Assembly (NCBI GenBank): GCA_964481765.1
Contig: CAYZVJ010000004.1
Span: forward strand, 1-52,432
Length of the DNA: 52,432 bases
Source of the DNA: an uncultured Rikenellaceae bacterium
GTDB lineage: Bacteria > Bacteroidota > Bacteroidia > Bacteroidales > VadinHA17
Direction: 5' to 3'
Shown: positions 8,667-18,750 of the stretch, one piece after another
How the letters are laid out: each line of letters begins with the position of its first letter
Position numbering within the stretch: the first letter of the stretch is position 1
The notes under the pieces: model-generated
The model's input: only the letters and a program-made list of their open reading frames with translations
The model's database searches: none
What the model was told of the DNA's origin: nothing
Made by a program: the position numbers and the translations under genes

Positions 8667-10841
8667 TCAAACAAGTGCATTTTCAGCCCCGGAATCCTTC
8701 ACGTAGAGGCAGGATGATTTTATCCTTTCTGCGGTTTTTCTCATGAACTGAAAGTCGGGATTTTCGGGCATTCCGAAAATGTTGATATCTGCTTTCGGTG
8801 CCTGCAACAGGGTTTCTTCAAAATTACCATGCAGCACATAAAATTCAGTCAGGGATGGCAGCCGTGCCTGGTCACTCATATCCTGCAGGAAGTTATAGAG
8901 TCTTGTTTTTTCTGCACTATCGGGTGTAGAGGTAACCAGCCGCAATTTCCCATCCCAGTTATGGATAAGCTGCAGGGAAATCAGCATGGCAAGGTGCCAG
9001 TTTGGGCTTTTATCCCTCAACCAGAGATTGACATCCTTCTGCATTCCGTAACCCAGGTTTTCATGTCTTCTCAGAATGATTGATCCCATATTGAATTTGG
9101 ATGCATGATCCAGGAGTTTCCTGATGATCGTATCTTTCTTATTGCTTTTTCCAATGGAAAGAAAAAGGGTATTGGGACGTATGGCTCCTGCATTCAGTGT
9201 CTGTATCACCAGTTTTGCCCCGTGAAGGAATGTACTGTCTTCGATGACCGTTGAATTGACCAGGATGTTTTGATTTTGAATCGGTTCGAGCAGATCATTC
9301 AGCTCTTTTTCAATTTTTTCAGAATCCTCCTGTGTAACGGTAAAAGCGAAAATACTTCCCGATGGATAGGTGATATTCCGGATAAACAGGAGCGATTCGG
9401 ACCAGATTTTCGGATCATCCACCGGGAGAAGCAGGTCTGGTTTCCATGAGATCTGATGACGGGGAAATCGTGAAGCGAGTTGCGAAGCCCGTTCAGCCAT
9501 AACGAGAAACATCCCACCCCGGATGTCGCCCCAATCCGCTTTCAGTCCCCGGCGACCAAGCCAGATATACAGTCCAATAATGACCGATATGGCAACCAGG
9601 CTAAAAACGGGATTGATCAGGAACATAATCAGGATTGACCCTACGGCTCCGGTAAAAGAGAAAATGGAGGATATCTTGAACGTTGGTCTGAAGCTGATGA
9701 TCTTCATTCGTTGCTGGATAAAAACCACCAGGTTGATCATTCCGTACGTAATGAGAAAGAACATGGTTATCAACGTAGCCAGGGCATTCAGATCGCCTGC
9801 CAGCAGTGCAACAGCAATGCATCCTCCAGTAAAGAGGATTGCATTTCGTGGTTCGTTTTTTCGATTCCTGCGCGAAAAGAAGTTGCTCAGTGGAACCGTT
9901 TTCTGGTCAGCCAGTGCCTGAAGCACACGGGGGGCACCGACCATACTGGCAAGGGCTGATGAGAAGGTAGCTGCCAGTATGCCCATGATAACCAGTGGAC
10001 CAAACAGTGCATGATCGGTCATTGCCATCTGATTATCCCTCAGTTCAGCGGGTGAAATAAACCGCCAGGCAATGATTGCAAGGATAACATAGACCAGGAA
10101 GGTAGTTCCAATGGCGGATAACGTGCCCAGTGGAATAGCCCTGCGCGGGTTTTTCAGATCGCCCGACATGTTTGCTCCGGCCATGATCCCGGTTGCTGCA
10201 GGAAAAAACACGGCAAAAACCTCCCAGAAGCTTGCATTCTCAAAGGTTCCGATCAGTTCGGAATTGGACACGGGATCGTTTGACGTTAAGACAAACGAGA
10301 AAATGGATGCTGCAATGATTCCCAGAATCAGGTACTGGATCCGGATCGCAAAATGAGCACTGATATAGGAGATGATGAGAAGGGCAGACCAGGTAATGAA
10401 AGAAACCAGCATGGGCGGATGGTCCGGAAAAATCCACAACCAGCCCTGGGTGAAACCAATGATATAGAGTGCAGCGGACAACATCAGGGAGATATAGAAA
10501 GGGATACCTATGCTCCCACCCGCTTCCAAGCCCAGCGATTTTGAAATGATGGAATATGCTCCTCCTGCCCCGATCTTAATGTTGGTGGTGATGGATGACA
10601 TGGAAAGTCCCGTACAAAACGTGATGGATTTTGAGAGGATAATGATTGCCAGAGCACCCAGTATTCCTGCATTTCCAACCACCCAGCCCAGCCGCAGGTA
10701 CATGATAACACCCAGGATGGTCAATACATCGGGAGTAAATACACCACCAAAAGTCCCGAATTTGTAAGCATCTTCAGGTGATACATCCTCTCTGCGTGTT
10801 CGGCTCAGAAAGGGAAATAACGTATAAAATATGGTATTCAT
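8667..10841 (-). CDS. Amino-acid-permease-fold transporter with a large cytoplasmic C-terminal domain; cation-chloride cotransporter (SLC12-like) homologue
   Basis: 724 aa. About 12 TM helices over roughly 470 aa (APC fold, e.g. GAGGAYSIISKSLG, FFPAATGIMAGANMSGDLKNP), followed by a soluble domain of about 250 aa. This is the architecture annotated as Na-K-Cl cotransporter in bacteria. Confidence 0.8.
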   Translation of the reverse strand: MNTIFYTLFPFLSRTRREDVSPEDAYKFGTFGGVFTPDVLTILGVIMYLRLGWVVGNAGILGALAIIILSKSITFCTGLSMSSITTNIKIGAGGAYSIISKSLGLEAGGSIGIPFYISLMLSAALYIIGFTQGWLWIFPDHPPMLVSFITWSALLIISYISAHFAIRIQYLILGIIAASIFSFVLTSNDPVSNSELIGTFENASFWEVFAVFFPAATGIMAGANMSGDLKNPRRAIPLGTLSAIGTTFLVYVILAIIAWRFISPAELRDNQMAMTDHALFGPLVIMGILAATFSSALASMVGAPRVLQALADQKTVPLSNFFSRRNRKNEPRNAILFTGGCIAVALLAGDLNALATLITMFFLITYGMINLVVFIQQRMKIISFRPTFKISSIFSFTGAVGSILIMFLINPVFSLVAISVIIGLYIWLGRRGLKADWGDIRGGMFLVMAERASQLASRFPRHQISWKPDLLLPVDDPKIWSESLLFIRNITYPSGSIFAFTVTQEDSEKIEKELNDLLEPIQNQNILVNSTVIEDSTFLHGAKLVIQTLNAGAIRPNTLFLSIGKSNKKDTIIRKLLDHASKFNMGSIILRRHENLGYGMQKDVNLWLRDKSPNWHLAMLISLQLIHNWDGKLRLVTSTPDSAEKTRLYNFLQDMSDQARLPSLTEFYVLHGNFEETLLQAPKADINIFGMPENPDFQFMRKTAERIKSSCLYVKDSGAENALV

Positions 10842-10895
10842 ACTTCCTCTGTTTCAACAAACCGGGAATCCGGAGGACAGGAACCGGAACTCTGC

Positions 10896-11408
10896 TTATT
10901 TGAACAGATCCGGAGGAATGGGATTGTCCGGCGTCGGCACTTCATTCGTGATTGCCGTCACTTTCCATTCTCCCTCTTTACGGATGAGAAGAAAGCTGTC
11001 GATTCCTTTGTTCGGAGGTATCTCCGATCCGGGAATGGCTGCTTCATACAATACCAGCACATGGGCCATATCCCCGTAGATCCAGGGTTTCATAGCAAGA
11101 ATCGTCTCTGAAAATCCGGTTTCCACGATGTTATAACTATCGATAAAACGAACGAAATCATCAACGAATCCATCCAGCGAGAAGACCGAAGTAGCTGTTC
11201 TGCCGGTTCTCAGAACAATTACCGCTTCATCAATGAACAATGCCCTGACGCTGTCCCAGTCACCCGTTGAGCCTTTTTCAATGGTTACCAGGCGGTATAA
11301 TTCCCGGATAACCCCTTCCGGGCTTAAGGACTTGCTTTCCTGGGCATGGTTTTCTGCTGTTGATAGAAAGATCAAAAACAGCAGAGCGAAAGGTATTAGT
11401 TTATTCAT
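10896..11408 (-). CDS. Secreted NTF2-like/SnoaL-like (DUF4440-type) small protein
   Basis: Internal start MNKLIPFALLFLIFLSTAENHAQ (signal peptide). About 150-aa mature part with an NTF2-like alpha+beta pattern (..IRELYRLV..WDSVRALFIDEAVIV...GEWKVTAITNE). Confidence 0.55.
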   Translation of the reverse strand: MNKLIPFALLFLIFLSTAENHAQESKSLSPEGVIRELYRLVTIEKGSTGDWDSVRALFIDEAVIVLRTGRTATSVFSLDGFVDDFVRFIDSYNIVETGFSETILAMKPWIYGDMAHVLVLYEAAIPGSEIPPNKGIDSFLLIRKEGEWKVTAITNEVPTPDNPIPPDLFK

Positions 11409-11565
11409 TTTCGTTTGTTTTGTGAACTTTTCTAAATATAAAATCAATAATTGGAAACATGAAATAAATTGTTACATTTAAAACCGGCGTGAAAATTGAA
11501 TGACGATTTAGTGTGGGTGTTTATTTCAAAACAGATCCATACTTTAACTTGAACCAAAGACTTAA

Positions 11566-14500
11566 ATGACTGGTGATAAAAACTTGTGTAACAATATACT
11601 TGGTGTTGATATCGGTTCGGTATCCCTATCCGTAGTGCGGCTTGATTATTCCGGGAATATCCTGGATTACCACTACCTTTTTCACAAGGGGAATGTAAAG
11701 GGAACGTTAGCAACGCTGCAGGATAAAACAGACCTGTCAACGGTCCGGGCCATTGCATGTACCCGGGGGAGAGGGTATCAGTACAGATCTTGTCATCTTT
11801 ACGATCCACAGGTTGCGGTGATTGCAGCCGCTAAAAAGTTCCATGAAGATATCCGATCGATCCTCGTCGTAGGTGCCGAACGGTTCAGTCTGATCAAACT
11901 GGACAGATCCGGCACTTACCAATATACGAAAACCAATACATCCTGTGCTGCCGGGACAGGAAGTTTCCTTGATCAGCAGGCATTCAGGCTGGATTTTCCC
12001 GGGATTGAAGCCTTTTGCGAGGCCGCATTAAGCAACCGGTCCGACATACCGGAGATTGCATCACGATGCAGCGTTTTTGCCAAGACGGATCTGATCCATG
12101 CACAGCAACGGGGATATTCCCTCGAAGGCATCTGTGATGGATTGTGCAAAGGGCTGGCAAAAAACATTGTGGATACCCTGTTCAACAAGGAGTCTCCCTC
12201 CTCTCCGATCCTGTTTGCCGGCGGTGTTTCCAGGAATCTTGCAGTTCGGAAACACCTGGAGGAGCAGCTGGAGTGCAGGTTAGTACATCATGAACTGTCA
12301 CACCTTTACGGAGCGATTGGAGCAGGGTTGCTGCTGCTGGACAAGGAAATCCAGGAATCCATTGGACCGATCCACTCACTGGAGGAGATTCTGCCCCAGG
12401 AAAAGGAGCTGGAATATTTTCATGAACCACTTGATTTGCAACGAATTGCATGTCCGGATTTCAGAAGTAAAAACCAGTATGAGTACATTCCGGTTCATTC
12501 CGGACATACCGATAACATCGAGGTAGATCTTTATGTTGATCCCGCTGAAAACCAACCGATTTCGACTTATCTGGGAATCGATATCGGATCTACCAGCACC
12601 AAAGCGATCCTCACGGATGAAAAAAACATTCCCATGGCAGGATTTTACACCTATACTGCCGGGAAGCCGCTTGAGGCTGTCAAAGCTATCTTTGAATCCA
12701 TAGAGGAATTATCAAAAAGTAAAGGAATCCGGTTTATTTTCAACGGTGTTGGGACAACCGGATCGGGAAGGAAGTTTATTGGGAAGATCATTGGAGCAGA
12801 CAGGGATTTTGACGAGATCACAGCGCATGCACGGGCAGCATTTGAACTCAACCCAAATACGGATACCATCATAGAGATTGGCGGTCAGGATTCCAAATTT
12901 ACGATGATGCAGGATGGGATGGTGACCTTTTCGCAAATGAATACCGTTTGTGCTGCCGGAACCGGCAGCTTTATTGAAGAGCAGGCCAAAAAACTTGGTG
13001 TCTCCCTGTCCGATTATGCTGAAAAGGCCAAAGGGGTCCGGGCACCACTGGCAAGTGACCGTTGCACGGTATTCATGGAGCGGGATATCAATCAGCTCCT
13101 GAACCAGGGGTATGCTGTTAATGAGCTGCTTTCAACCGTACTCTTTTCCGTGGCTGAAAATTACCTGAAGAAGGTAGCTACAGAGGGATCGATTGGCGAT
13201 CACATCTGTTTCCAGGGAGCTACGGCAAAAAACAGGGCCCTGGTAGCTGCCTTCGAACAAAGACTGGGAAAGCCGATTTTTATTTCGAAATATTGTCATC
13301 TCACCGGTGCACTGGGAGTTGCCCTGCTACTGAATGATGAGGGAATCAAAACAACTGGTTTCAGAGGACTCAACCTCTATCATGAAGACATTCCCATCCG
13401 GAGTGAAACCTGCCAGCTCTGCTCAAACCACTGTCATATCAGCCTTGCTACTGTAAAGGATGAAACGGTTGCCTACGGCTTTCTTTGTGGAAGGGATTAT
13501 GACACGAAGAAATACGTGAAAAAAGATGCCGGCTTCCAGCTCCTGGAAGAGCGGAACAAAGCCATCCAGCGATCGCGAGCCGATAAAAAGAGGGTACGGA
13601 TTAAGATCGGTTTACCGGCTTCGCTGCATCTCTTTGAAGAATTAACATTGTGGGAGCACTTCTTCAGCAACCTTTCCATTGAAACCGTAAGCAGCGAACA
13701 TTTTGCCGAACCCGTTAAAACGGGGAAACGATTGGCCGGTGCAGAGTTTTGTGCTCCCATAAACGCTTTCTACGGGCACGTGGTATATCTTGCCGGAATG
13801 GTGGACTACATCTTCATTCCAGTCTACCTGGAAGCCAGGGAAAAACCAGCAAACCGGGAGAGAAACTTCTGCTACTACACCCAGTTCAGTGCTTCCCTGG
13901 TATACGCATTAAAAGAGAAAGGGATTGACAAGAAATGCCTCACACCCTTTATGGATGATCCAAAAGGATTGGCGCCTGTATCCCGCAAACTGTATGACTC
14001 ACTGAGTCCGGTTATTCCGGGATTAACCCTTTCACGGATTCGAAAGGCATACGAAGAGGCGATTCTTTTTAACACAGCACAGAAGCGTAACCTGGTGGAC
14101 CTCTTCCGGCACCGTTTCACACCAAAAGAGGAATTGTCGGTTGTACTGCTGGGCAGACCCTATGTTGTACTTTCCAAATCGTTGAATAAAGGGATACCCG
14201 ATATTTTTTCGGGCATGGGTATCGATACCTATTTCCAGGATATGATCCCCGCAGAAGATCAGGTTAACGGGGATAGCTACCTGCTGCAAAAAGTGCCCTG
14301 GCATTATGCTGCCAACATCCTGGAAACAGCCACAACGGTTGCAGCACGAAAAAACCTTTACCCCGTTCTGGTAACCGCTTTCAAATGTGCTCCGGATTCC
14401 TTTATGATTGAATATTTTAAGAAGATCATGAATGAGTACAAAAAGCCCTACCTGATCCTGCAGATTGACGAACACGATTCGAACGTGGGGTATGAAACAA

Positions 14501-15765
14501 GGATAGAAGCAGCTTTGCGATCATTCAGGAACCATGCCTCCAGGTACACCTTCCCTCCCTCCCCTGAACAAACCATAATCCTTCCACATGTTGATACAAA
14601 GATTAATGGAAAGACACTGTTGATGCCAAGCTGGGACAGCCTGGTGGCTCCACTTGTGGTAGCAAACCTGCGACGGATCGGCATCGATGCCCGGGTAATG
14701 GAATCAAGCCAGATGATCATTAAAAAAAGCATGGTACATAACACCGGCCAGTGCCTTCCCCTGAACATCATCACCCAGGAATTCATCGAGTACATTGAGA
14801 AGTACAACCTGAAACCGGAAAATACAATCCTGTGGATGATGGAGAGCAAGCTAAGCTGCAATCTGAGACAGTATCCCTATTATATGAAAAGCCTGCTGGA
14901 GTCATATGGTAAGGGGATGGAGAAAGCAGCAGTCTATTCCGGGAAACTGACCCATATCGAGATCTCATACAAAGCCACTTTTAATGCCTATTTCGCCTAC
15001 ATGCTTGGCGGGCTTCTCCGGAGTGTGGGATGCAAAGTCCGTCCGTATGAAATAGCAAAAGGAGCGACGGATAAAGCCATCAACAATAGCATTCCTATAC
15101 TTGAAAAGGCATTCCTGGGTGAACGATCAATGGACAGTGCGGTAGCCAAAGCAATGGAGCTGTTTAATGGCATAAAAACAAGAAATGGCAAAAGACCGAA
15201 AGTCGGGATTTTTGGTGATTTCTATGTCAGGGACAACGACATCATGAACCAGGATCTGATCCATGCCATTGAAGATGCAGGTGGTGAAGTAATCTCAACG
15301 CCCTACAGCGATTACACTAAAATAATCTTTGATAATGTCCTGCGGCGTGCCTTATCGCGTGGAGATTACCTGGAAGCAGGAATTTACCGAATACTGCTCA
15401 ATGTGTTGGAACTGGTTGACGAAAAATATTACAGGTATTTCAGGACCTACCTTGGTGAACGACCGGTGATCGACACGAAGAAACTGGAAAAAAATCTTAA
15501 ACTGTTCAATATCAACCCTTTCCATTCCGGAGAATCATACGATAACATCCTGAAGATCTTCTATATCATGGAAAATCATCCGGATATATCCCTCTTTATA
15601 CAAACAAATCCGGCATTTTGCTGTCCATCACTCGTAACCGAAGCCATGACACAGGAGATCAAGAGGATCACGGGCGTTCCGGTAGTTACATTAACGTATG
15701 ATGGAACAAGCGAATACAAGAATGACGTGATTGTGCCCTACCTGCAGGGAACGGACATCTCATAG
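11566..15765 (+). CDS. Fused acyl-CoA dehydratase activase-related protein: two BcrAD/BadFG/HgdC-type ATPase domains plus a dehydratase-component-like (DUF2229/HgdB-like) C-terminal half
   Basis: 1399 aa. Two ASKHA ATPase copies: ILGVDIGSVSLS with SCAAGTGSFLDQQ and RCSVFAKTD, then YLGIDIGSTSTKA with VCAAGTGSFIEEQ and RCTVFMERD. Cys motif CQLCSNHC follows. The long C-terminal region is typical of 'CoA-substrate-specific enzyme activase' giants. Confidence 0.85.
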   Translation: MTGDKNLCNNILGVDIGSVSLSVVRLDYSGNILDYHYLFHKGNVKGTLATLQDKTDLSTVRAIACTRGRGYQYRSCHLYDPQVAVIAAAKKFHEDIRSILVVGAERFSLIKLDRSGTYQYTKTNTSCAAGTGSFLDQQAFRLDFPGIEAFCEAALSNRSDIPEIASRCSVFAKTDLIHAQQRGYSLEGICDGLCKGLAKNIVDTLFNKESPSSPILFAGGVSRNLAVRKHLEEQLECRLVHHELSHLYGAIGAGLLLLDKEIQESIGPIHSLEEILPQEKELEYFHEPLDLQRIACPDFRSKNQYEYIPVHSGHTDNIEVDLYVDPAENQPISTYLGIDIGSTSTKAILTDEKNIPMAGFYTYTAGKPLEAVKAIFESIEELSKSKGIRFIFNGVGTTGSGRKFIGKIIGADRDFDEITAHARAAFELNPNTDTIIEIGGQDSKFTMMQDGMVTFSQMNTVCAAGTGSFIEEQAKKLGVSLSDYAEKAKGVRAPLASDRCTVFMERDINQLLNQGYAVNELLSTVLFSVAENYLKKVATEGSIGDHICFQGATAKNRALVAAFEQRLGKPIFISKYCHLTGALGVALLLNDEGIKTTGFRGLNLYHEDIPIRSETCQLCSNHCHISLATVKDETVAYGFLCGRDYDTKKYVKKDAGFQLLEERNKAIQRSRADKKRVRIKIGLPASLHLFEELTLWEHFFSNLSIETVSSEHFAEPVKTGKRLAGAEFCAPINAFYGHVVYLAGMVDYIFIPVYLEAREKPANRERNFCYYTQFSASLVYALKEKGIDKKCLTPFMDDPKGLAPVSRKLYDSLSPVIPGLTLSRIRKAYEEAILFNTAQKRNLVDLFRHRFTPKEELSVVLLGRPYVVLSKSLNKGIPDIFSGMGIDTYFQDMIPAEDQVNGDSYLLQKVPWHYAANILETATTVAARKNLYPVLVTAFKCAPDSFMIEYFKKIMNEYKKPYLILQIDEHDSNVGYETRIEAALRSFRNHASRYTFPPSPEQTIILPHVDTKINGKTLLMPSWDSLVAPLVVANLRRIGIDARVMESSQMIIKKSMVHNTGQCLPLNIITQEFIEYIEKYNLKPENTILWMMESKLSCNLRQYPYYMKSLLESYGKGMEKAAVYSGKLTHIEISYKATFNAYFAYMLGGLLRSVGCKVRPYEIAKGATDKAINNSIPILEKAFLGERSMDSAVAKAMELFNGIKTRNGKRPKVGIFGDFYVRDNDIMNQDLIHAIEDAGGEVISTPYSDYTKIIFDNVLRRALSRGDYLEAGIYRILLNVLELVDEKYYRYFRTYLGERPVIDTKKLEKNLKLFNINPFHSGESYDNILKIFYIMENHPDISLFIQTNPAFCCPSLVTEAMTQEIKRITGVPVVTLTYDGTSEYKNDVIVPYLQGTDIS

Positions 15766-15774
15766 AGCTATAGG

Positions 15775-15815
15775 ATGTACGGTCTGTCAGCGGGCTGCGA
15801 ACCGTACATTTTTTC
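15775..15815 (+). terminator. Rho-independent terminator after the 1399-aa gene
   Basis: ATGTACGGT (15775-15783) pairs with ACCGTACAT (15801-15809); 17-nt loop; followed by TTTTTT (15810-15815). Confidence 0.65.
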
Positions 15816-15863
15816 CCCTGGTTTAATGCTAAAAGGTATGATTCTTGTTATCTTGCAATAAAT

Positions 15864-16808
15864 ATGAATCGCATTACCGTGATGCCTGCATTGATGAAAC
15901 ATACCTCTCTCCTGCTTATTACAGTACTGATCCTGTTTTCCTGTAAAGAAGAGAAAGCCTATTTCAAGGATCCTGAAACCGAACCGGTCATCCATACGAT
16001 CAAGGCAGCTTCTGCAATTGGCTACTGTTCTTCCATCGCCATGACGGTGATGGCCGGAGAAACCTTACCGGGTGTTTATGCAACAAAAAGTTGTTCAAAT
16101 TTTCCCTGTGCCTCACTGATCTTTGTTGATCTCAATGATAATGTCCGGATTCCTTTCACAGACGATGAGAATGGGCAAATTGTTATTGCCGGATTATGGA
16201 CCGGTGTCAACCAGGCCATTCTCACCCTCTTTTTCTATGACATTGATATCAGTACTTCGGTATTTACGCTGAAAAATGTGCATACGTTTCCCGTTACCGA
16301 ACATAATGGGGGTTACCTTGCCGTGTTTGCCGGTATGGACATCAATCTTGGTTCAAACCCCATTTTGCCTTTGGATCTTGATCTTTCGGAAGGTGAGATT
16401 AACGTTGAACTGGAAAGGCTCGATTTCGATACACCGGGTGATGTCTACGTTGCTGTCGAGCAGCATGCCTATATCATTGAGATCGACCAGCAGGGAACAG
16501 CAACGGATTTAAGCGACGATTCTTTCGTTATCACCGGCGGTGGCCAGATCATCGAAGTTAAGGATGATAGAGGTGGCATTATCCAACAAGGCATGCTCGA
16601 TGTAGTTATTGATATGGAGTGCCAGGCAAATCCGAGAAATGGTTTCGCACTGATAAAAAATACCAGTGCTGGAGGCAATTCAATCCCTGAACTGGGCACA
16701 GCGATCTTTGATTTTCATAACCAGTGCGATGGAATGGTTGATATCAGTATCGCTACAGGAGTCTATATTAAATCGAACGGAAAATCCATCCCACTGGTTT
16801 TCTTTTGA
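15864..16808 (+). CDS. Hypothetical lipoprotein
   Basis: 314 aa. The likely start is MKHTSLLLITVLILFSC at 15894, with a lipobox Cys. I recognise no family. Acidic, beta-rich sequence. Confidence 0.6.
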   Translation: MNRITVMPALMKHTSLLLITVLILFSCKEEKAYFKDPETEPVIHTIKAASAIGYCSSIAMTVMAGETLPGVYATKSCSNFPCASLIFVDLNDNVRIPFTDDENGQIVIAGLWTGVNQAILTLFFYDIDISTSVFTLKNVHTFPVTEHNGGYLAVFAGMDINLGSNPILPLDLDLSEGEINVELERLDFDTPGDVYVAVEQHAYIIEIDQQGTATDLSDDSFVITGGGQIIEVKDDRGGIIQQGMLDVVIDMECQANPRNGFALIKNTSAGGNSIPELGTAIFDFHNQCDGMVDISIATGVYIKSNGKSIPLVFF

Positions 16809-16814
16809 TTCTTC

Positions 16815-17531
16815 TCAAACCTTGATCGGGATCACATAAAAAAATATGGCAAAAAAGTGGGAAACTGATCCGGCAATGACAAAGAGATGCCATACCAGAT
16901 GATGATAACGGAATGTGATTACCCTGAAAAACAGAATACCCAACGAATAGCAAGCACCACCAATAAAGATCCACAATACCCCCATCAATGGAATGGCTTT
17001 GAACACCTGCACAATGGCAGCGATGATCATCCAACCCATAATGGCGTAGGTCAGGATAAAAAAAACATTCACACCCGACTCGAATTTGTTGGGTTTAACA
17101 ATTATAATGATCGTTCCTGTCAGGGCAAGTCCCCACTCCAATCCGAAAATTGTCCAGCCAAACGGTCCGTGAAGCGCTACCAGTGTTAATGGAGTGTAGG
17201 TGCCAGCTATCAGCATAAATATGGCAATCTGGTCAACATTGAAAAAAAACTCTTTACCCCTTCCGGGTTTAAGCCAATGGTTCAACGTGGAAGAGATATA
17301 AAGCAGCACCATGGTCGTTCCGAAAATGGAGGAACTGACAACGTGCCAGGCATTGCCCCGGATCGCTGAGAAAATAACCATCAGAACCAGTCCTGCGGTT
17401 GCGAGAAGAGCTCCGATCAGGTGAGAAACGGAGTTTGCAAGCTCTTCCCCGGCAGTAAACCGGATTGTCTCATGCTTTTTCATATCGTTCCTGAAATCAT
17501 TCAGATTCATCCCTTCCCTTCCGGAAGTCAC
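16815..17531 (-). CDS. trhA: Hemolysin III / PAQR family membrane protein
   Basis: 238 aa, 7 predicted TM helices. N-terminal EELANSVSHLIGALL, and a C-terminal HxxxH-type motif (YHHLVWHLFVIAGSVSHF) characteristic of PAQR/HlyIII. Confidence 0.85.
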   Translation of the reverse strand: MTSGREGMNLNDFRNDMKKHETIRFTAGEELANSVSHLIGALLATAGLVLMVIFSAIRGNAWHVVSSSIFGTTMVLLYISSTLNHWLKPGRGKEFFFNVDQIAIFMLIAGTYTPLTLVALHGPFGWTIFGLEWGLALTGTIIIIVKPNKFESGVNVFFILTYAIMGWMIIAAIVQVFKAIPLMGVLWIFIGGACYSLGILFFRVITFRYHHLVWHLFVIAGSVSHFFAIFFYVIPIKV

Positions 17532-17678
17532 GGATCGTATCCATACTGATTAAGCAAATCTACATCAAAAACAAAGATAAACCAGATGATCCGGAGTTTA
17601 ATCCCGGATGAGCATTTTGTGGATTCTTTAATTCCGATTAATTTTACCTGACGTACATGCTTTTCAACCGTATCCTTT

Positions 17679-18683
17679 ATGATCAATACTACGAAGGCAA
17701 TCATTCTAAGGGAGAGACCCAAAGGTCTTCCAACATCCGAAACATTTGAGATCATTAACGAACCGATCTCAAACCTTAAGAAGGGTGAGATCTTTATCAA
17801 GTCACGTTATATTTCCGTCGATCCTTACATGAGGAACCGGATGAATCCGGGCGCTTCCTACATTACCCCCTATGAATTGAATCAGGTAATTACCGGCGAT
17901 CTCCTTGGAGAGGTAATTGAATCGACTGACCAGGGATACATCCCGGGGGATTCTGTTGTGGGGACACTTGGCTGGAGGGAATACAACATTGCCTCAACAA
18001 AGCAATTAACCAAGGTTGATGTTGACAGGATTCCCGAATCAGCATACCTCAGCACCCTCGGACTTACCGGCCTTACTGCATACTTTGGGATGCTCGATAT
18101 AGGTCAGCCAAAGGAGAATGAAGTCGTGGTTATTTCAGGTGCAGCAGGTGCGGTGGGATCAATCGCCGGTCAAATTGCCAGGATTAAAGGATGCAACGTT
18201 GTGGGAATTACCGGATCTGACCAGAAAACACAGTACCTGAAAGAGGAGTTGTATTTCGATGAAGCAATCAATTACAAAAAACAAAGCAACCTCAGAAAAC
18301 CACTCAAAGAGGCCTGTCCGAATGGAATTGATATCTACTTTGATAATGTCGGAGGTGAGATCTCCGACAGCGTGATGTACCTGCTGAATGACCACTCCCG
18401 TGTTGTTCTGTGTGGTCAGATTGCACTCTATAATCTCAGCAGGATAGACAGGGGGCCCCGGATGGGACCGCAATTGCTCATTCACCGAACACGCATGCAA
18501 GGATTTAACGTGTATGACTACCGTTCCGGTTTTTCAAAAGCAAGGACTGTAATATCCGGCTGGTTATCTAACGGGCAACTGAAAAGCCCGGTAAACATCA
18601 TTTGCGGATTCGGGAACATTCCAGACGCGTTTCTCGGACTGTTTCGTGGCGATAACATCGGGAAGCAACTGGTAAAACTATGA
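17679..18683 (+). CDS. NADP-dependent oxidoreductase, MDR superfamily (alkenal/one reductase, YncB/CurA/PTGR1-like)
   Basis: 334 aa. Nucleotide-binding motif VVISGAAGAVGSIAGQIARIKGCNVVG. No zinc-ligand Cys pattern. N-terminal 'IILRERPKGLPTSETFEI' is typical of this subfamily. Confidence 0.9.
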   Translation: MINTTKAIILRERPKGLPTSETFEIINEPISNLKKGEIFIKSRYISVDPYMRNRMNPGASYITPYELNQVITGDLLGEVIESTDQGYIPGDSVVGTLGWREYNIASTKQLTKVDVDRIPESAYLSTLGLTGLTAYFGMLDIGQPKENEVVVISGAAGAVGSIAGQIARIKGCNVVGITGSDQKTQYLKEELYFDEAINYKKQSNLRKPLKEACPNGIDIYFDNVGGEISDSVMYLLNDHSRVVLCGQIALYNLSRIDRGPRMGPQLLIHRTRMQGFNVYDYRSGFSKARTVISGWLSNGQLKSPVNIICGFGNIPDAFLGLFRGDNIGKQLVKL

Positions 18684-18750
18684 CAGGAAAGGATTTTATG
18701 GTAAGCATTCTTTGGGTGAGGCAACCGGGCATAATACGCCGGTAACAAGA

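Noticed and set aside
14032-14861. Two minus-strand ORFs (147 and 137 aa) inside the 1399-aa gene.
   Set aside because: Antisense shadows. The plus-strand frame is continuous and carries duplicated ATPase motifs.
17528-17800. 90-aa minus-strand ORF overlapping the start of the oxidoreductase gene.
   Set aside because: It overlaps the well-supported plus-strand gene 17679-18683 and the divergent promoter region, and has no recognisable features.
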